Position numbers and translations under genes: made by a program
Notes under the pieces: model-generated
Told to the model about the DNA's origin: nothing
The model's input: the letters and a program-made list of their open reading frames with translations, nothing else
Databases searched by the model: none
NCBI RefSeq assembly: GCF_000142905.1
Contig: NW_013657648.1
Coordinates: 264,922 to 328,921 of the forward strand
Length of the DNA stretch: 64,000 nucleotides
DNA from: Thecamonas trahens ATCC 50062
Lineage: Eukaryota; Protista; Apusomonadida
Direction: 5' to 3'
Shown: piece by piece, positions 1 to 11,916 of the stretch
How the letters are laid out: every line of letters starts with the position of its first letter
Numbering within the stretch: position 1 is the stretch's first letter

Positions 1-1938
1 CCGCGCGAGGCTGGCCTCTCCACCGCAACCTCCTCCCGCGCCATCGCTGCCCATGCCGCCACAGCTTCCAGCAGCGACAGCAGCGACAGCAGCGACAGCA
101 GCGACGACTCGGGATCGACCCTTCATTCAGCCAGGACCGCGGTCAAGGCGGCAGCTCACCTCTCCGGAAGCTCGTCTTTGTCCAACGACTCTTTGTCGCC
201 TTCATCATCGGTGTCACCTCCGCCGCCGTCGGCCAGCAACACCTCATCAAGTTTCGCAGTCAACAAGCGCTCGCCTAAGCGGCACGGCAGCGCTTCGACC
301 GGGACCGGAACCAAGAGTGATGTTTCCGGCGCTGGCCTCTCGTCTGCCGAAGCCAGCCATGGCGACAATGGTGGCGACTCTGGCTCGCCAAAGACGGCCA
401 ACAGCGCCGCGCGCGGCACGGCCAAGGGCAAGGCCAAGAGCAAGGCCAAGCGCAAGGTGAGAAAGGCGAAGGAAGTCAGGAAAGGCCAGAAGCGCCACAA
501 GCGCCGCACAAGCAAGATGAAGCGTGTTCGGGTGCGGAAGCAAAGCGTCTGCTCCCGCTCTTCCCGCTCAGGCTCTGTATCGTGCTCCAAAGCTACTACC
601 TCGGGTGTCAAGGCCGTAGCAAAGCGCAAGAGCCGGCTGGCCGGATGCCGCCACCATCGCACATCGTCAGCCTCGCCTCCGCGATCGACGTCGGACTCGT
701 CAGTTACCGTCGAGTCGCCGCAGGTTATGTTTGCCACTGGCGCGCAACGCGCCTCTGCCAACAAGTCAGCAGAAGGCAAGCAGCAAGTTGCTCTCGACTC
801 GTCACCTGCAACCTCGCTCGCAGGGTCGTCACAGGCATCGTCGTTGGCGTCGCCTTCTGGTGACTTTAAGAGGCGGTCCGGGCGGTCGTTCACCGTCTCG
901 AACCCGAATGCCATCACGGCAGCGCTCAAGATCATGAGCTCAAACGGGAACTCGCTCGCCGAACTCTCCGAACCGGGCTCGTCCAACAGCTCGCAGCACA
1001 GGGAGCGGATCAAGTCCAAGTACGATCGGAAGCGCAAGGGCACGACGCCGTCCCTCTCGATCCTCCCGCGTGGGCAAGGCTCGTCCCAGCTCATCACGCC
1101 ACGCAACTCGCAACAGAGCAACACCATCCTGGTCGTTGACGACAACGGACTCAACAGACTTGTCCTCTCCAAGCTCGTCCGAATGGCCGGCTTTGAGGTT
1201 GAACTGGCCAAGGACGGTCAGGAGGCCGTCGACAAATGGCAGGCCCACGGCTACGTCGCCATTCTCATGGACTGTGTCATGCCAGTCCTGGATGGCTACG
1301 AGGCAACCCAGCAGATCCGGCAGCGCGAGGCTGTTCGGCCGTTCCAAACCCACGTGCCCATCATCGCTGTCACGGCCAACGCCCTCAAGGGTGATCGCGC
1401 CGTCTGCCTCGAGGCCGGCATGGACGAATATGTGACCAAGCCGGTCATCAAAGACGAGCTCATGTCCAAACTGGCCTCGTTCGGCGTTGTCCCTGCCAGT
1501 CGTGAGACTGCGCCAAAGGCGCCAGGCAGCTCTCCGCCCACGCTCCCCAACGCCTCGCCCTCGGATGACTCGGTTGACGCCGAAGGCTCGTCGTCCGGTC
1601 GCCCGGCGTGGCCACCCAAAAACGCGTACTGGCTCGTCCCGTCCAACCACGCCCGGCGCCAGTCGGTTTCGGTCGAGATCCTGCCACACTCGCTCTCAGG
1701 CTCGTCTGATGGCGACGAGCGCTCGGTTCAGACCCAGAAGCTTGCTGCCCAGCGCTCCGTCCTTGTCCGCGCCGTAGGCAACGATGCCGCAGCCGCCAGC
1801 AGCGGCCGGCGCTCCACCATTTCCGCCGCCACGGAAGAAGAGGTCTTCCTCCAACGCCACCACGACGCGTACGAAGAGGTCCAGGGCCGGTCGCGGCTCC
1901 AGCACCACACTCTCATGATGCTCCACGAAGGCAGCTAA
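1..1938 (+). CDS. Response-regulator receiver-domain protein, probably the C-terminal part of a hybrid histidine kinase (5' truncated by window edge)
   Basis: Frame is open from base 1. REC domain at ~1123-1480: ILVVDDN..., ILMDCVMPVLDGYEAT (phospho-acceptor Asp), PIIAVTANA, GMDEYVTKP. Flanks are Ser/Lys-rich low complexity. Confidence 0.85.
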   Translation, partial: PREAGLSTATSSRAIAAHAATASSSDSSDSSDSSDDSGSTLHSARTAVKAAAHLSGSSSLSNDSLSPSSSVSPPPPSASNTSSSFAVNKRSPKRHGSASTGTGTKSDVSGAGLSSAEASHGDNGGDSGSPKTANSAARGTAKGKAKSKAKRKVRKAKEVRKGQKRHKRRTSKMKRVRVRKQSVCSRSSRSGSVSCSKATTSGVKAVAKRKSRLAGCRHHRTSSASPPRSTSDSSVTVESPQVMFATGAQRASANKSAEGKQQVALDSSPATSLAGSSQASSLASPSGDFKRRSGRSFTVSNPNAITAALKIMSSNGNSLAELSEPGSSNSSQHRERIKSKYDRKRKGTTPSLSILPRGQGSSQLITPRNSQQSNTILVVDDNGLNRLVLSKLVRMAGFEVELAKDGQEAVDKWQAHGYVAILMDCVMPVLDGYEATQQIRQREAVRPFQTHVPIIAVTANALKGDRAVCLEAGMDEYVTKPVIKDELMSKLASFGVVPASRETAPKAPGSSPPTLPNASPSDDSVDAEGSSSGRPAWPPKNAYWLVPSNHARRQSVSVEILPHSLSGSSDGDERSVQTQKLAAQRSVLVRAVGNDAAAASSGRRSTISAATEEEVFLQRHHDAYEEVQGRSRLQHHTLMMLHEGS

Positions 1939-1967
1939 CCGCAGTCCTCCCTGCCACTTGGCTCACT

Positions 1968-4289
1968 TTATTCCAGATGATCATAGTTGGCAAGCGCGGC
2001 CTGGGAAGGCGAGCGGGTGATTCGCGCCGATGCAGCGTCGTGTGGTGCGAGGGCAAAGGCCGGATCCATAGAGTTGCGGAAAGAGTGTGAGATGGTCTGC
2101 CGCCGCTCGTGCCAGACCAGCGCAACGAGGAAGATACGAGCTGAGAAAAAGATCGAAACCCACATGAGCTGGCCCGGATCGGACACGCCGTTGAGGACAA
2201 TGTGGAGGCAGAGGAGGGCGGCAACAACGACAGAAAAGACAAGCTCCGACTTGAACGTCCCGGTGGCGCCCATGTAGTCGCTAAACTTGGTAACAAGCGC
2301 GTTGCGGGCCTTGGAGGTCGGCGCCGGCGTCACCGACTTTGCAGACCCGTTGGTGACCCGCGCAGACGAGCCACTCATTGTGATCGAGGCACCCGAGCCG
2401 TCGACAAGACCGTACTTTTCGGTCCGCACAAACTCGCCGCCCTTCTTGACCGAGCCCTCAAGCACGGCGAGCGTGTCGTTGTACGCCATGCCGTAGCCAA
2501 GGAGAACCAGAAGCGGGAAGGTAGCAATCTCCATCCACGGGATGATCTTCTTGGACAGGATGCAGGTAAAGTACATGGCGGTCGGGCCGAGGCCGACAAA
2601 GATGAGAATCGGGGTCAGGTTGCCGACCAAAGTCGAAACTCGATCCGAGTACCAGAAGAGGACGCACGAGGTGAGCGTGGCCAGCGTCATGATAAGATTG
2701 ATAAAGTAGCCGGCGAGGTGAATGGTACACTGGTACTTGCGCCAAAGCGAGAGGTTGCCCTGCCGCCACACATTGCCCAGGTGCTTGAGCACACACTGGA
2801 ACGAGCCCTTGGCCCACCGGTACTGCTGCTTCTTAAACGCCGAGACCGTCGGCGGAATCTCGTTGGGTGCGAGCACGTCATTGACGTACACCATCTGCCA
2901 CCCGCGGAACTGCGCCCGGAACGAGAGGTCGAGATCCTCGGCAAGTGTGTCCTGCGACCACCCGCCTGCGTCCTCGATCGCCTCGCGCCGCCACACACCG
3001 CCAGTCCCGTTAAAGTGCATGTAGTAGCCGAGATGCGTCCGCACCCGCTGCTCAATCATAAAGTGGCCGTCGAGCGCCACAGCCTGGATGTATGTCATGA
3101 GGTTGTAGTACCGGTTGGTAAAGTCCCACCGGGCCTGCACGCATGCCACGCCCTTGCTGCACAGCTTGTCCTTGTAGTACGGCGACTCCTGGTGCTTGTC
3201 GTTGTAAAAGTACGGCAGCGTGTACGCCAGGAAGTCCGGCTCGGGCATAAAATCAGCATCAAAGATGGCGATAAAGTCCGCGTCTGGCTCTAGCCGCATG
3301 CCCTCACGCAGCGCCCCGGCCTTGTAGCCGACCCGGTTCTCCCGCCGCACGTGTTCCACACGGAACTTGGTCGGCGCAACCAGGGCCAGAAACTGCTTCA
3401 CAAGCTCAGGCGTGTTGTCCGTCGAGTCATCCAACAACTGGATGACCAGTGCATGCGTCGGGTACTCGAGCTCCAAGCACTTGCTCAGCAACCGCTCGCA
3501 AATCGCGCCCTCGTTGAAGACCGGGAGCTGAATGAGCACCTTGGGGTACTGGATCTCCTCGTCCTGTCAAAACACCATCACCACACAAGCCACCATTCTC
3601 GCGTGAGCTTTTCTCCAAGCCCAGCGCCTACCATCCCCATCCGACCACAAAAAGACTGCATGCGCCTTCCTCGCACCGACATGCCACCACCGCCCACCGC
3701 TTAAGGGCTCCGTCACACCCGCCACCTTCTCGCACCGCTCCCGGACGCTCTACTTGAATTCTCGATGTCCAACTTGGCAAGCACATAATCATGTACTTGG
3801 TCACTCGCACATCTTGTTACCATGGTCATAGCACGTGTCAACAACTCGTACGGGCATCGGGACGGTGGCGGGCAGGCGGGCAGAGCCAAAGTCGAACGAA
3901 TTTGTAACACCACAAATCCACACCCAGCGGTTGCACGTGGGCATACAGGGGGTGCATGCAAGGGAAAGGCGGGGATTAAAAAGGTGAAAAGGAGATGAAG
4001 ATGTAGCTTGTAGCTTGTACATGATACGTACCGAAAACTGGAGGTATGGCTCAAGGCGCTCAGGCGGGGCAGGCGGGTAGCTCTGGTCGGAATAGCATCG
4101 CTCTTCGCTCCCCGCCTTGAGGAACCAGAAGGAGATGGACATGAACCAATACTGGGCACCATAGAGAAAGAGGAAGACGGTCTGGATGACAAAGACAATG
4201 TCAAACGTCCATGCCAGCACCAACCAAATTGTTGATGGGCCCACGCTCTCGCCCATACCGACGCCCGATGGAGTTCCCGCGCTCGTCAT
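1968..4289 (-). CDS. GT2 processive glycosyltransferase, cellulose-synthase-like (CslA/CslC-type beta-glycan synthase)
   Basis: QLPVFNE, GYKAG, FDADF, TLAEDLD, QQYRW (D,D,D,QxxRW), C-terminal TM helices. Predicted exons 4289(or 4256)..4032 and 3563..1968 joined in phase 0 across a GTACGT...GACAG intron; exon 1 encodes the N-terminal TM. Confidence 0.9.
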
Positions 4290-4493
4290 CGTTTCACCCC
4301 CGCTTGCGAGAGTGCGGTGGCAAGAGGTGAGTCAGGGGGGGGGGGGGGGACACTCTTGGTTGTCGGCCGAGCAGTCGCTCCGTAGGCTCGACGGCTTTTT
4401 TTCAGGTTTCCTCGCATTTACTGCGCTGGCCATTATGGCTCACAAGTACAACACCGCGAGAGCACATGACCTTCAATGGCAAAGATAAGGGGA

Positions 4494-7400
4494 CTAGGTG
4501 CGAGGCGGTCCGCGCAGATCGGCGCTGTTCTCCACGGCAACCTCCTCGACAGCGCGCTTGGCAAGGGTGGCGACTGAGGGAAAAGCGGCCCAGAGCTCGG
4601 TGAGGTCGTGGGCGAGCGAGTGAAGATCCATGGTGGCCCGAATGTACTGCCGATGCTTGTCGTCGACGCAGAGCCGGATGGTAATGTAGAAGAGGATCCA
4701 GGCAATGCGGTAGTGGTGTTGCGCGCCGGTGGTGGCAAAGCGGAAGAGCGAGTCGATGAGATGGGTTGGAATGAGGTGGACGGCTTCAGGCGCTCGCGCC
4801 ATCGAGTTGAAGCACCACAGTGAGGCCAGGATCTTGGAGATCTCCTTCTCCAGCTCACTCAAAAAGTTGTCCATTCCGAGGTCGAGCCGGGCCTGGAGAA
4901 GCCGCGCAAACTTGCCGTCGCCGCATGTCATGAGCGCCACTGCGTTGGGCGGATGGACGCAGAGATTGCCTAGCCCACGCAGACCGTTGCGATACAGGTC
5001 GCCCTTCATGTACTCGGAACTTTGCCAACGCTCGAGGATCTCCACAATGTCGGCGACCGCACCCAGCTCGCCGAAGCGGACCTTGTTCTGGACAGTCAGC
5101 GCCATAAAGGCCGTCGCGTTGACAACCTCGTTGGCAAGCGTCACGTTGCCAACCACCTTTTCAGCGCGGAGCAGTCGCACGAGCTCGTCGACCATGCCGA
5201 TGTCGCGGAGGTGGTCGCGGTTGTCATCGTTATACGCGACCCGAACCAGCAGCCGCAGCGCACCGAGGAGCAGCCTGCACGACGCGTTGCTGTCCTGGAG
5301 AATGGCTAGCACGGCGTGCCCGCCGCCCTGCATCCGTACCGCCACCTTGCCTTCGTCCGAGTCGGTGATGCGGTGGAGCATGTCGATGGAGACCTCAAGC
5401 ACGCTCGAACTGCCACAGAGCGCGTGGACGTTGGCCATGACCCGAAGCACTGACGCCGCCAGGCTGTAGAGCGACGATCGCGGCGCCGAGCCGAGCGCGG
5501 CTTCGTCAAACTCGTCCGAGAGTGTGGCAATGAGCTGCCCGACTTCCTCGCAGATTCCTGCGTTGGCGTCGAGCCGCGCGCTGAGCTCCTTCAGCCGCCG
5601 CGTCCGCTTGTTGTGCTCTGTCCGCCAGAGCTGGTCCTGGTCAAAGGCCTCGACCCGAGCGCGGACGCCGACGTTCGAGTACGTCTCCCGCGACGTTGCA
5701 GACTTGATGCTGACCGACTCACCCTGCCACGGCGCGAGGCGGCCCCAAGCTTGCGACGACTCTTGCGCGTGTACAATGTGCTTCAGCAAGACGGCCGCAA
5801 ACACTGCCGCGCTTGGCCGCTCGCTCGGATTCTTGGCCTCAAAAGTGGCGTTGAGCAGCTCGATGACATCTGGCGGTGTCCGCGCGTCCATCAGCCCGGG
5901 CGGCGCGTAGTAGTTGTCTTTGCCGCGCTTGCCATCGTACGGCAGCGAGAGCGCGCCGAACGACATGTAGAAGCACGCCCAAACGACCACTCCCAGCGAC
6001 CACAGGTCAGCATGCTGTGAGATGAGCGGGCCGGAACCGTCGAGCACCTCGGGCGCTGCATAAAGCGGGTGCAGCTTGGCGCGAATGACCTCGGGCTGCC
6101 GAGTGATGACCATTAAAAGCTGGGTCACTCCATAGTGCGAGATCCGGACCGTCCCAATTTCGTCAAACAGCACGTTGGCCGGATGCAAGTTGCCGTGCAC
6201 AATGCCGAGCTCGTGGAGCCGCTCCATGCCGCGGGCAATCTCAAATGCGTAGTACAGCGGAATCATGCGCGAACCCATCATCTGGTCCGATCGCAGCGCG
6301 TCAAAGAGCGACGTCGGTTCCATGACTTCGGAGACCATGAGCAGCTGCGGCGGCGACGCCGACATCGCCACACCTACCGTTGGCACTGTGTTGGGGTGCG
6401 AGACGCCGCACATCATGCGCAGCACGTCCAGCAGCGCCTCTGTTTGGCCCTGCGTGACGCCGCCAAGAGGAAAAGCCTTGACCATGACGTCTGAAAACAA
6501 AAAATGGCCGCGGTACGTCGGCGTCATCGGCCGCGCGCCTGTCGAGTCAACAGGCCCGTCCTCATCCTCGAGCACCACAAGCTGCGGGTCGATCATGTAC
6601 ACCACCTCGGTCGGGATCTTGAACACCCGTCGCATCAGCCGCGGTGTAGACTCGGTGCCAGAGACCCGGCACATGAACGACATTCGCGCCTCGTGCGCTC
6701 CAGACAGCATCGTCTGCACTGTCTTGTACGCCTCATTCGCAGCCCCAGCATCAAGCCCGCTTTCCTCGCCCGACGCCCGACCGGCTGTCGACGACTGCCC
6801 GCCCCACCCTTGTGACGCGGTCCCAGTCGACTCGAGTGACCGTGGCACTATCACTGTGGCGTCGACATCGACATCGCTGCTAGTCGAGCTTCTCGTGCCG
6901 CTCTCTTCGGTTGACGAGAACGAAGCCGACGACGACTCGTCCACACTCTCCTCGCTCCCACCGTACGAATACTCGGTTGCCTCCAACGAGAGCATGGCAT
7001 CCGACGACGACTCCAGCTCCACCGCCACCATCACCTCGCCTGACATGTCAGCTCGACCGCCAGAGATAGAAGTCGACGTAGACTCGATCTCAATCGCAAG
7101 GTGCGGGCTCTCAAGCCCCAGCGACTCTACCGAAGTGTCCGGCGAGACATGCGGCGAGCTAGCCGGCGAGCGCTTCGACTTGCGCCCAGCCCTCATCCGG
7201 CTACGCGACTTGAGCCGCGGCAGCGCTAGCGAGTTGCACTTGTCGCGCTCGGCCTCTTTGGCAGCCGTGATGAGCTGCTTGATCGTCTCCACCCACTCAG
7301 CGCGGACCTCCTCGGTCGGCGCCACCAGCAGACACTCGCGCGACTGCATCGTGCCGTCGGCGGCATCATCATGCTGGGTAAATGAAAACTTGTATGCAGA

Positions 7401-9745
7401 CTGCACCAGGTCGTGGTCGATGCCGTCCTCGGCGTCAACAGCACCGCTCGAGCTCGCCGAGTACTCAAATGACGCCGAGCAAGTCGACGAGAGGCTGCTG
7501 CTCACCCTTCCAGCCGTATCAGCTGCAACAACCGGCACGACGCTCGAGTCTGCCATCGCTGGCGCCGAGCGCGAGAGGCTGCCCGTCAAAAGATCGGTCT
7601 GAGGCGCCGGCGGGGAGCGTGGGCGGTTAACTTTCCGCTTGGCGGATGACCCACCCTGCTTGCCTTGCTTGCCTTGCTTGCCTCGCCGCGAGCCGCGAGT
7701 GACCTTGCCAAACCTGTTGCGCTTGGCACCGGCCCGGCGCTTGGCTTGCTTCCCGCGCATCTGCGGTGGCCGCGCGCCAGCCGCGATATCAGTCTGCCGA
7801 CGCCTCCGGCGCCCGCCAGCCCTGTAGGACGAGCGCGAGACCGTGAGAGCAGCGAGGTGCAATGACAGGCGGTGGGCGTTGCCGAGGCCCCGGACAACTA
7901 CGTCCTCGGACCGCATGGCCTCGAGCTTGGACACCGACGGCGCTGTGGTCCACAGCAAGCCTTGGCGCGCCCCTCACTCTCGTACAGCGTGACAGTAGTG
8001 GTGGCGGTGATTCTCTCAACCGCACGTGGCCGCTTGAGCTTCAGCGCTGAGGCCTTGTCGAGCCAGACCTTGACGTAAAAGCCCTCGATGGCGACAAAGC
8101 GGCGGCGCCACTTGCCCTTGGCGGCGCACCAGTTGACGTCGGTGCACTTGGAGGGCTTGGCAAACGGGCGCTTGAAGAGAAAGCCGCCAATGATCATGCC
8201 GTTGGCCTCGAGCAAAAGCTTGCGCATGCCCTCAGAGTGCGCATGGCAGAGCGGCGTCTTGCCATTCAGATCCATGTCGCAAAGCGGGATGCCCAGCCGA
8301 ACAAGCTTGGCGGCCAAGTCGAGGTCATCGGCCATGGCGGCGAGATGGAGCGGCGAGCGGTGGGTGACTACGCCGCGAGTGGCGAGGTAGTGTGGCATGT
8401 ACGTCTTCTGCTTCCAATGGGCGTGGGCAAGCGCGCACTCGCCGCCAAAGGCCGAGCGCAGCGCCGCCACGTCGCGGGCGTCGATGGCAGTCTGCAGTTG
8501 GACCAGCCGGCGGCCGAGCATGAACGCGTTGACCATGTCCAAAAAGGTCGGGCGGAGGCCAGGCGAGGCTACAAATGCCTGCTCCAGCACTCGAATGACC
8601 GGCGCCGGCCACGGAATGATGATGTCGTCGTCAAAACCGGCGACTGAGACTTGGACGGCCTTGCGGACCGAAGGCTTGCCTGCCCGCTTCCGACTCGTGC
8701 TCGAGCCCGATCCAGTCGAACTCAGCGGGGTCTGGACCGAGCGGGTGTGCGAGATGCGGGCGTAGTTGCGTGACGGCCGCGCCCAAGGCCGCGACTCGGT
8801 CCCACCGGCAGCCACGTGCCAGGTCTGCGATGAGTCGGACGCGAGCGAGTCCATCGAGCCGACTGAGCCGTTCGCGTCGCCAAGGGTGAGAGAGGACGAC
8901 AAAGGTACAAAAGGTTTGAGCGGTGCGAACTCAATCGACGGGCCCGAAGAGAGGCCCGAGGCCTTGGAGAGCTCCAACGGGCCGGGGATCCAGTTGTAAA
9001 AGTTGCCCGGCGCCGCGTAGACGTCGGCCCGCAACGAATCAGGTCTGATCGAGGTGAACGCCTCCCACGCCAGAGTGGCAAACGACCACACGTCCGCCGG
9101 TTTGTCGTTCTGCTGGGCGCGCAGGACCTCAGGTGCCATGTACGCCCGCGTCCCACAGAAAACCGTGCTCGTGTCCGAGATGTCGGTCGTCGACAAACCA
9201 AAGTCGGCGACCTTGGCCGTAAAGTTGGCGTCCAGCAGCACGTTTTCCGGCTTGAGATCACGATGCACCATGCCGCGCTCGTGCAGGTACGCCATGCCCT
9301 TGCAGATGTCCAGCAGGTAGTTGAGCTGCTCGTCGCGTGAAACAAAGCCGTGTCTGTGGATAACATCCGAGAGGTCGCCATTGGGACAGAACTCGGTCAC
9401 CATCGCCAGCGCGTTGACGTTGAGCGAGGCACCAAAGAACCGGATGCAGTTGGGGTGCGAGATCTTGGAAATGGCCGTCACCTCGGCCACAAACCGCTGC
9501 ACAACTTCGGCGGCATCGACTGCAGCGTGCAGATTGAGCATCTTGACAGCCACCGTCTGCCGCATGTACCGCGCACGGTAGACAGACCCAAACGCTCCGC
9601 GACCGAGCAGCTCGGACGTTTCTGCGCTCAGATCAATGTCATACTCCATGACAACTTCGGAGCTCGCTACGCCTTGGTCGACGCCAACATCAGATCGCGA
9701 CGACGCAGCAGATGCAACAAACGACGACGACGACGACGATGACAA
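4494..9745 (-). CDS. Multidomain protein: TKL kinase - ankyrin - split PH - pseudokinase - armadillo repeats (two ORFs joined near 7945-7977)
   Basis: ORF 7898..9745: LGRGAFGSVY, VAVK, HRDLKPEN, DFG, APE; SPLHLAA/GKTPL ankyrin; GFLFKR...WRRRFV PH start. ORF 4494..7958: PH end (LLVAPTEEVRAEWVETIK), degenerate kinase (HGNLHPAN, SHYG), ARM-like helices. True start uncertain, possibly ATG near 10107 via another frameshift. Confidence 0.75.
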
Positions 9746-10517
9746 ACATGACGTAGCCGATGGCGGCGGCGATGTTGAGGAAGGCGAGAAAGACGCCGAG
9801 GATGAAACGAGGAAGGCTGCTGCTCCTTCTGCTTCTGCTTCTGCTTCTGCTTCTGCTTCTGCTGTCTGTCCTCCTCGTCGCCTCTGGTCTTGGATTGAGA
9901 CGCCTTGCGGGACGCCGACGTGCCGGTCTTCATGGAGGATGCCTTGCTGGTCTTGCGAGACGACGACCTGCTGTTGGTTGCCACCGACGACGACGACGAC
10001 TTTGGTCGCCGAATACGTAGCGAGAGGAACGGCTGCTGTGCCGACTCAAACTCGACCGCAATTTCGTCACCAAGATCCTCCATCTCATGTTCCTTTCCCC
10101 AACTCATGCTGCTAAGGAGGGGAGGGGGTGGGGAGTGGGGGAGGGGGAGGGGAGTGGGTAAGTGTGTTTGTGGGGGAGGGAGGGGTAACGGAGTGGAGAG
10201 TGATGACCACGAGCGGGATCGTGCGACTCTCCTCTTTGCGAGTCTGTTGATCAAGAGAACGAACATGTTTGCGGAAGCAGCGGCTTTTTACTACCGGGTC
10301 AGCAATGCAATTTCGGCATGATCTCGACCATATCAAATTGGATACGCGTGATGGTAAATTTTTGGTGTCCAAACCCTCACCCACGCTCTCATTCGCTTGC
10401 TCAACTCCGGCCGGCAGCAGGCCAAACCCCCTCCCCTCTCCGCGCTCGCGACTCGTGAACAGCGACAACACGTTCGGTGGTCCACACCTCACGCAGCGTC
10501 TGGCAGAACAGGTGGAT

Positions 10518-11915
10518 ATGTCGTGGACGGAGATGCTACCGGAACCACTGTGCTCGCTTCCTCCGGACCAAGCCGCCAATGTGGTGTGTATGGTGGCGGC
10601 GTATCCGCTGGCGCTGGTGGCCGAGCCGCTGGCGAGCAGCGTGGCTAAGGCGACAGGAGCGGGCATGGCCAAGGCACGGATGGGAGTGGGATCTGGCATC
10701 GGACTGGCATTCTGTCTTCTTGCGCTGGGAGTGAGGGGCATGGCCGCGTTGTTTACTCCGCTAGCAGGCGCATGGCTCCTGCTGACTACCCTGCCCAAGG
10801 CCTACGTCCATCTCGGCGTCCTTGTCTTTATGCTCACAGCGCTCAGCTGCGCCCATGCGTGGCGGATGTACACAGATCCGTACGGGTGGACGCTCGACTT
10901 TACCGGCCCGCTGATGATTGCCACTGTCAAGGTGACGTCAATGGCGTTCTCCGTGGCCGATGGGGTCAACAAGCCATGGGCGGTTCTCGACAGCGACGGG
11001 CACAAGATCGGGCGCGGATACGCGGCAGTCCTCCGGTCGTGGCAGGCGCTTGCCCTGGACGCACCGCCGACGCTGGAAGAGTACATCTCGTTTCTGCTGT
11101 ACTTTCCGGTGGTCCTTGCTGGGCCTGTAGTCGACATGCGGGCGTATCTGCAGTTGGTTCGTTGCGGGCCCCAGGCCTCGCTGGCCGCCCGCAGCTGGGA
11201 GGCTGTCAAGCGGCTCGGTCTTGCGATTGGGTGCTACGGCGTCTTTGTTCTCCTCTCGGAGCACTTTCCGCAATCGCTGTACTTTGATCCGGCCTTTATC
11301 GGAGAGCACTCGCTCGGCTACCGGGCGCTGTACATGTACCTGGCCCAGACCGGGCTGCGGTTCCGGTATTACTTTGCCTTTGCGCTCGCTGAGGGCGCTT
11401 GCCGTGGTGCTGGGCTCGTGGCGGTGACCAATGTCGACATTGTCGCTATCGAAACAGCGCAGAACTTCAAGGTCGCTGTCGAGAACTGGAACATCGGCGT
11501 CGCCCGGTGGCTCAAGCTCTACGTTTACCATCGTGTCGCGCCGGGCTCGTCGTTCATCAACGTGTTGGCAACCAACGTGGCCGGTGCCATCTGGCACGGC
11601 TTCTACCCGGGCTACTACCTCGCGTTCCTTCTCGGCTCGTTCTGCACCCAGTTCTCGCGCCTCGTCCGCCGCAAGCTCCGGCCACACGCGCTGGCGGCTG
11701 GAACGTGGGTCAAGGCTGGCTACGACACCGTCGGTTGGGCCGGCTCGGCGCTCATTCTCGGCTACGGCTCTGTCCCGTTTACCCTCCTCCGGCTTGACCA
11801 GACGCTTGACGTATGGAGCGCACTGCACCACTGCGTCCCTTGGCTCATCTTCCCGGGCCTGGTCCTGCTGATGGTGCTACCATCGCCGGAGCGAGTGCGG
11901 CGCAAAACGGCATAG
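10518..11915 (+). CDS. MBOAT lysophospholipid acyltransferase (Ale1/LPCAT-like)
   Basis: Multi-TM protein with DFTGPLM, KVTSMAF, RYYFAF, ENWNIGVARWLKLYVY and AIWHGFYPGYY (catalytic His). ATG at 10518 preferred over the longer ORF start at 10269. Confidence 0.9.
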   Translation: MSWTEMLPEPLCSLPPDQAANVVCMVAAYPLALVAEPLASSVAKATGAGMAKARMGVGSGIGLAFCLLALGVRGMAALFTPLAGAWLLLTTLPKAYVHLGVLVFMLTALSCAHAWRMYTDPYGWTLDFTGPLMIATVKVTSMAFSVADGVNKPWAVLDSDGHKIGRGYAAVLRSWQALALDAPPTLEEYISFLLYFPVVLAGPVVDMRAYLQLVRCGPQASLAARSWEAVKRLGLAIGCYGVFVLLSEHFPQSLYFDPAFIGEHSLGYRALYMYLAQTGLRFRYYFAFALAEGACRGAGLVAVTNVDIVAIETAQNFKVAVENWNIGVARWLKLYVYHRVAPGSSFINVLATNVAGAIWHGFYPGYYLAFLLGSFCTQFSRLVRRKLRPHALAAGTWVKAGYDTVGWAGSALILGYGSVPFTLLRLDQTLDVWSALHHCVPWLIFPGLVLLMVLPSPERVRRKTA

Positions 11916-11916
11916 C

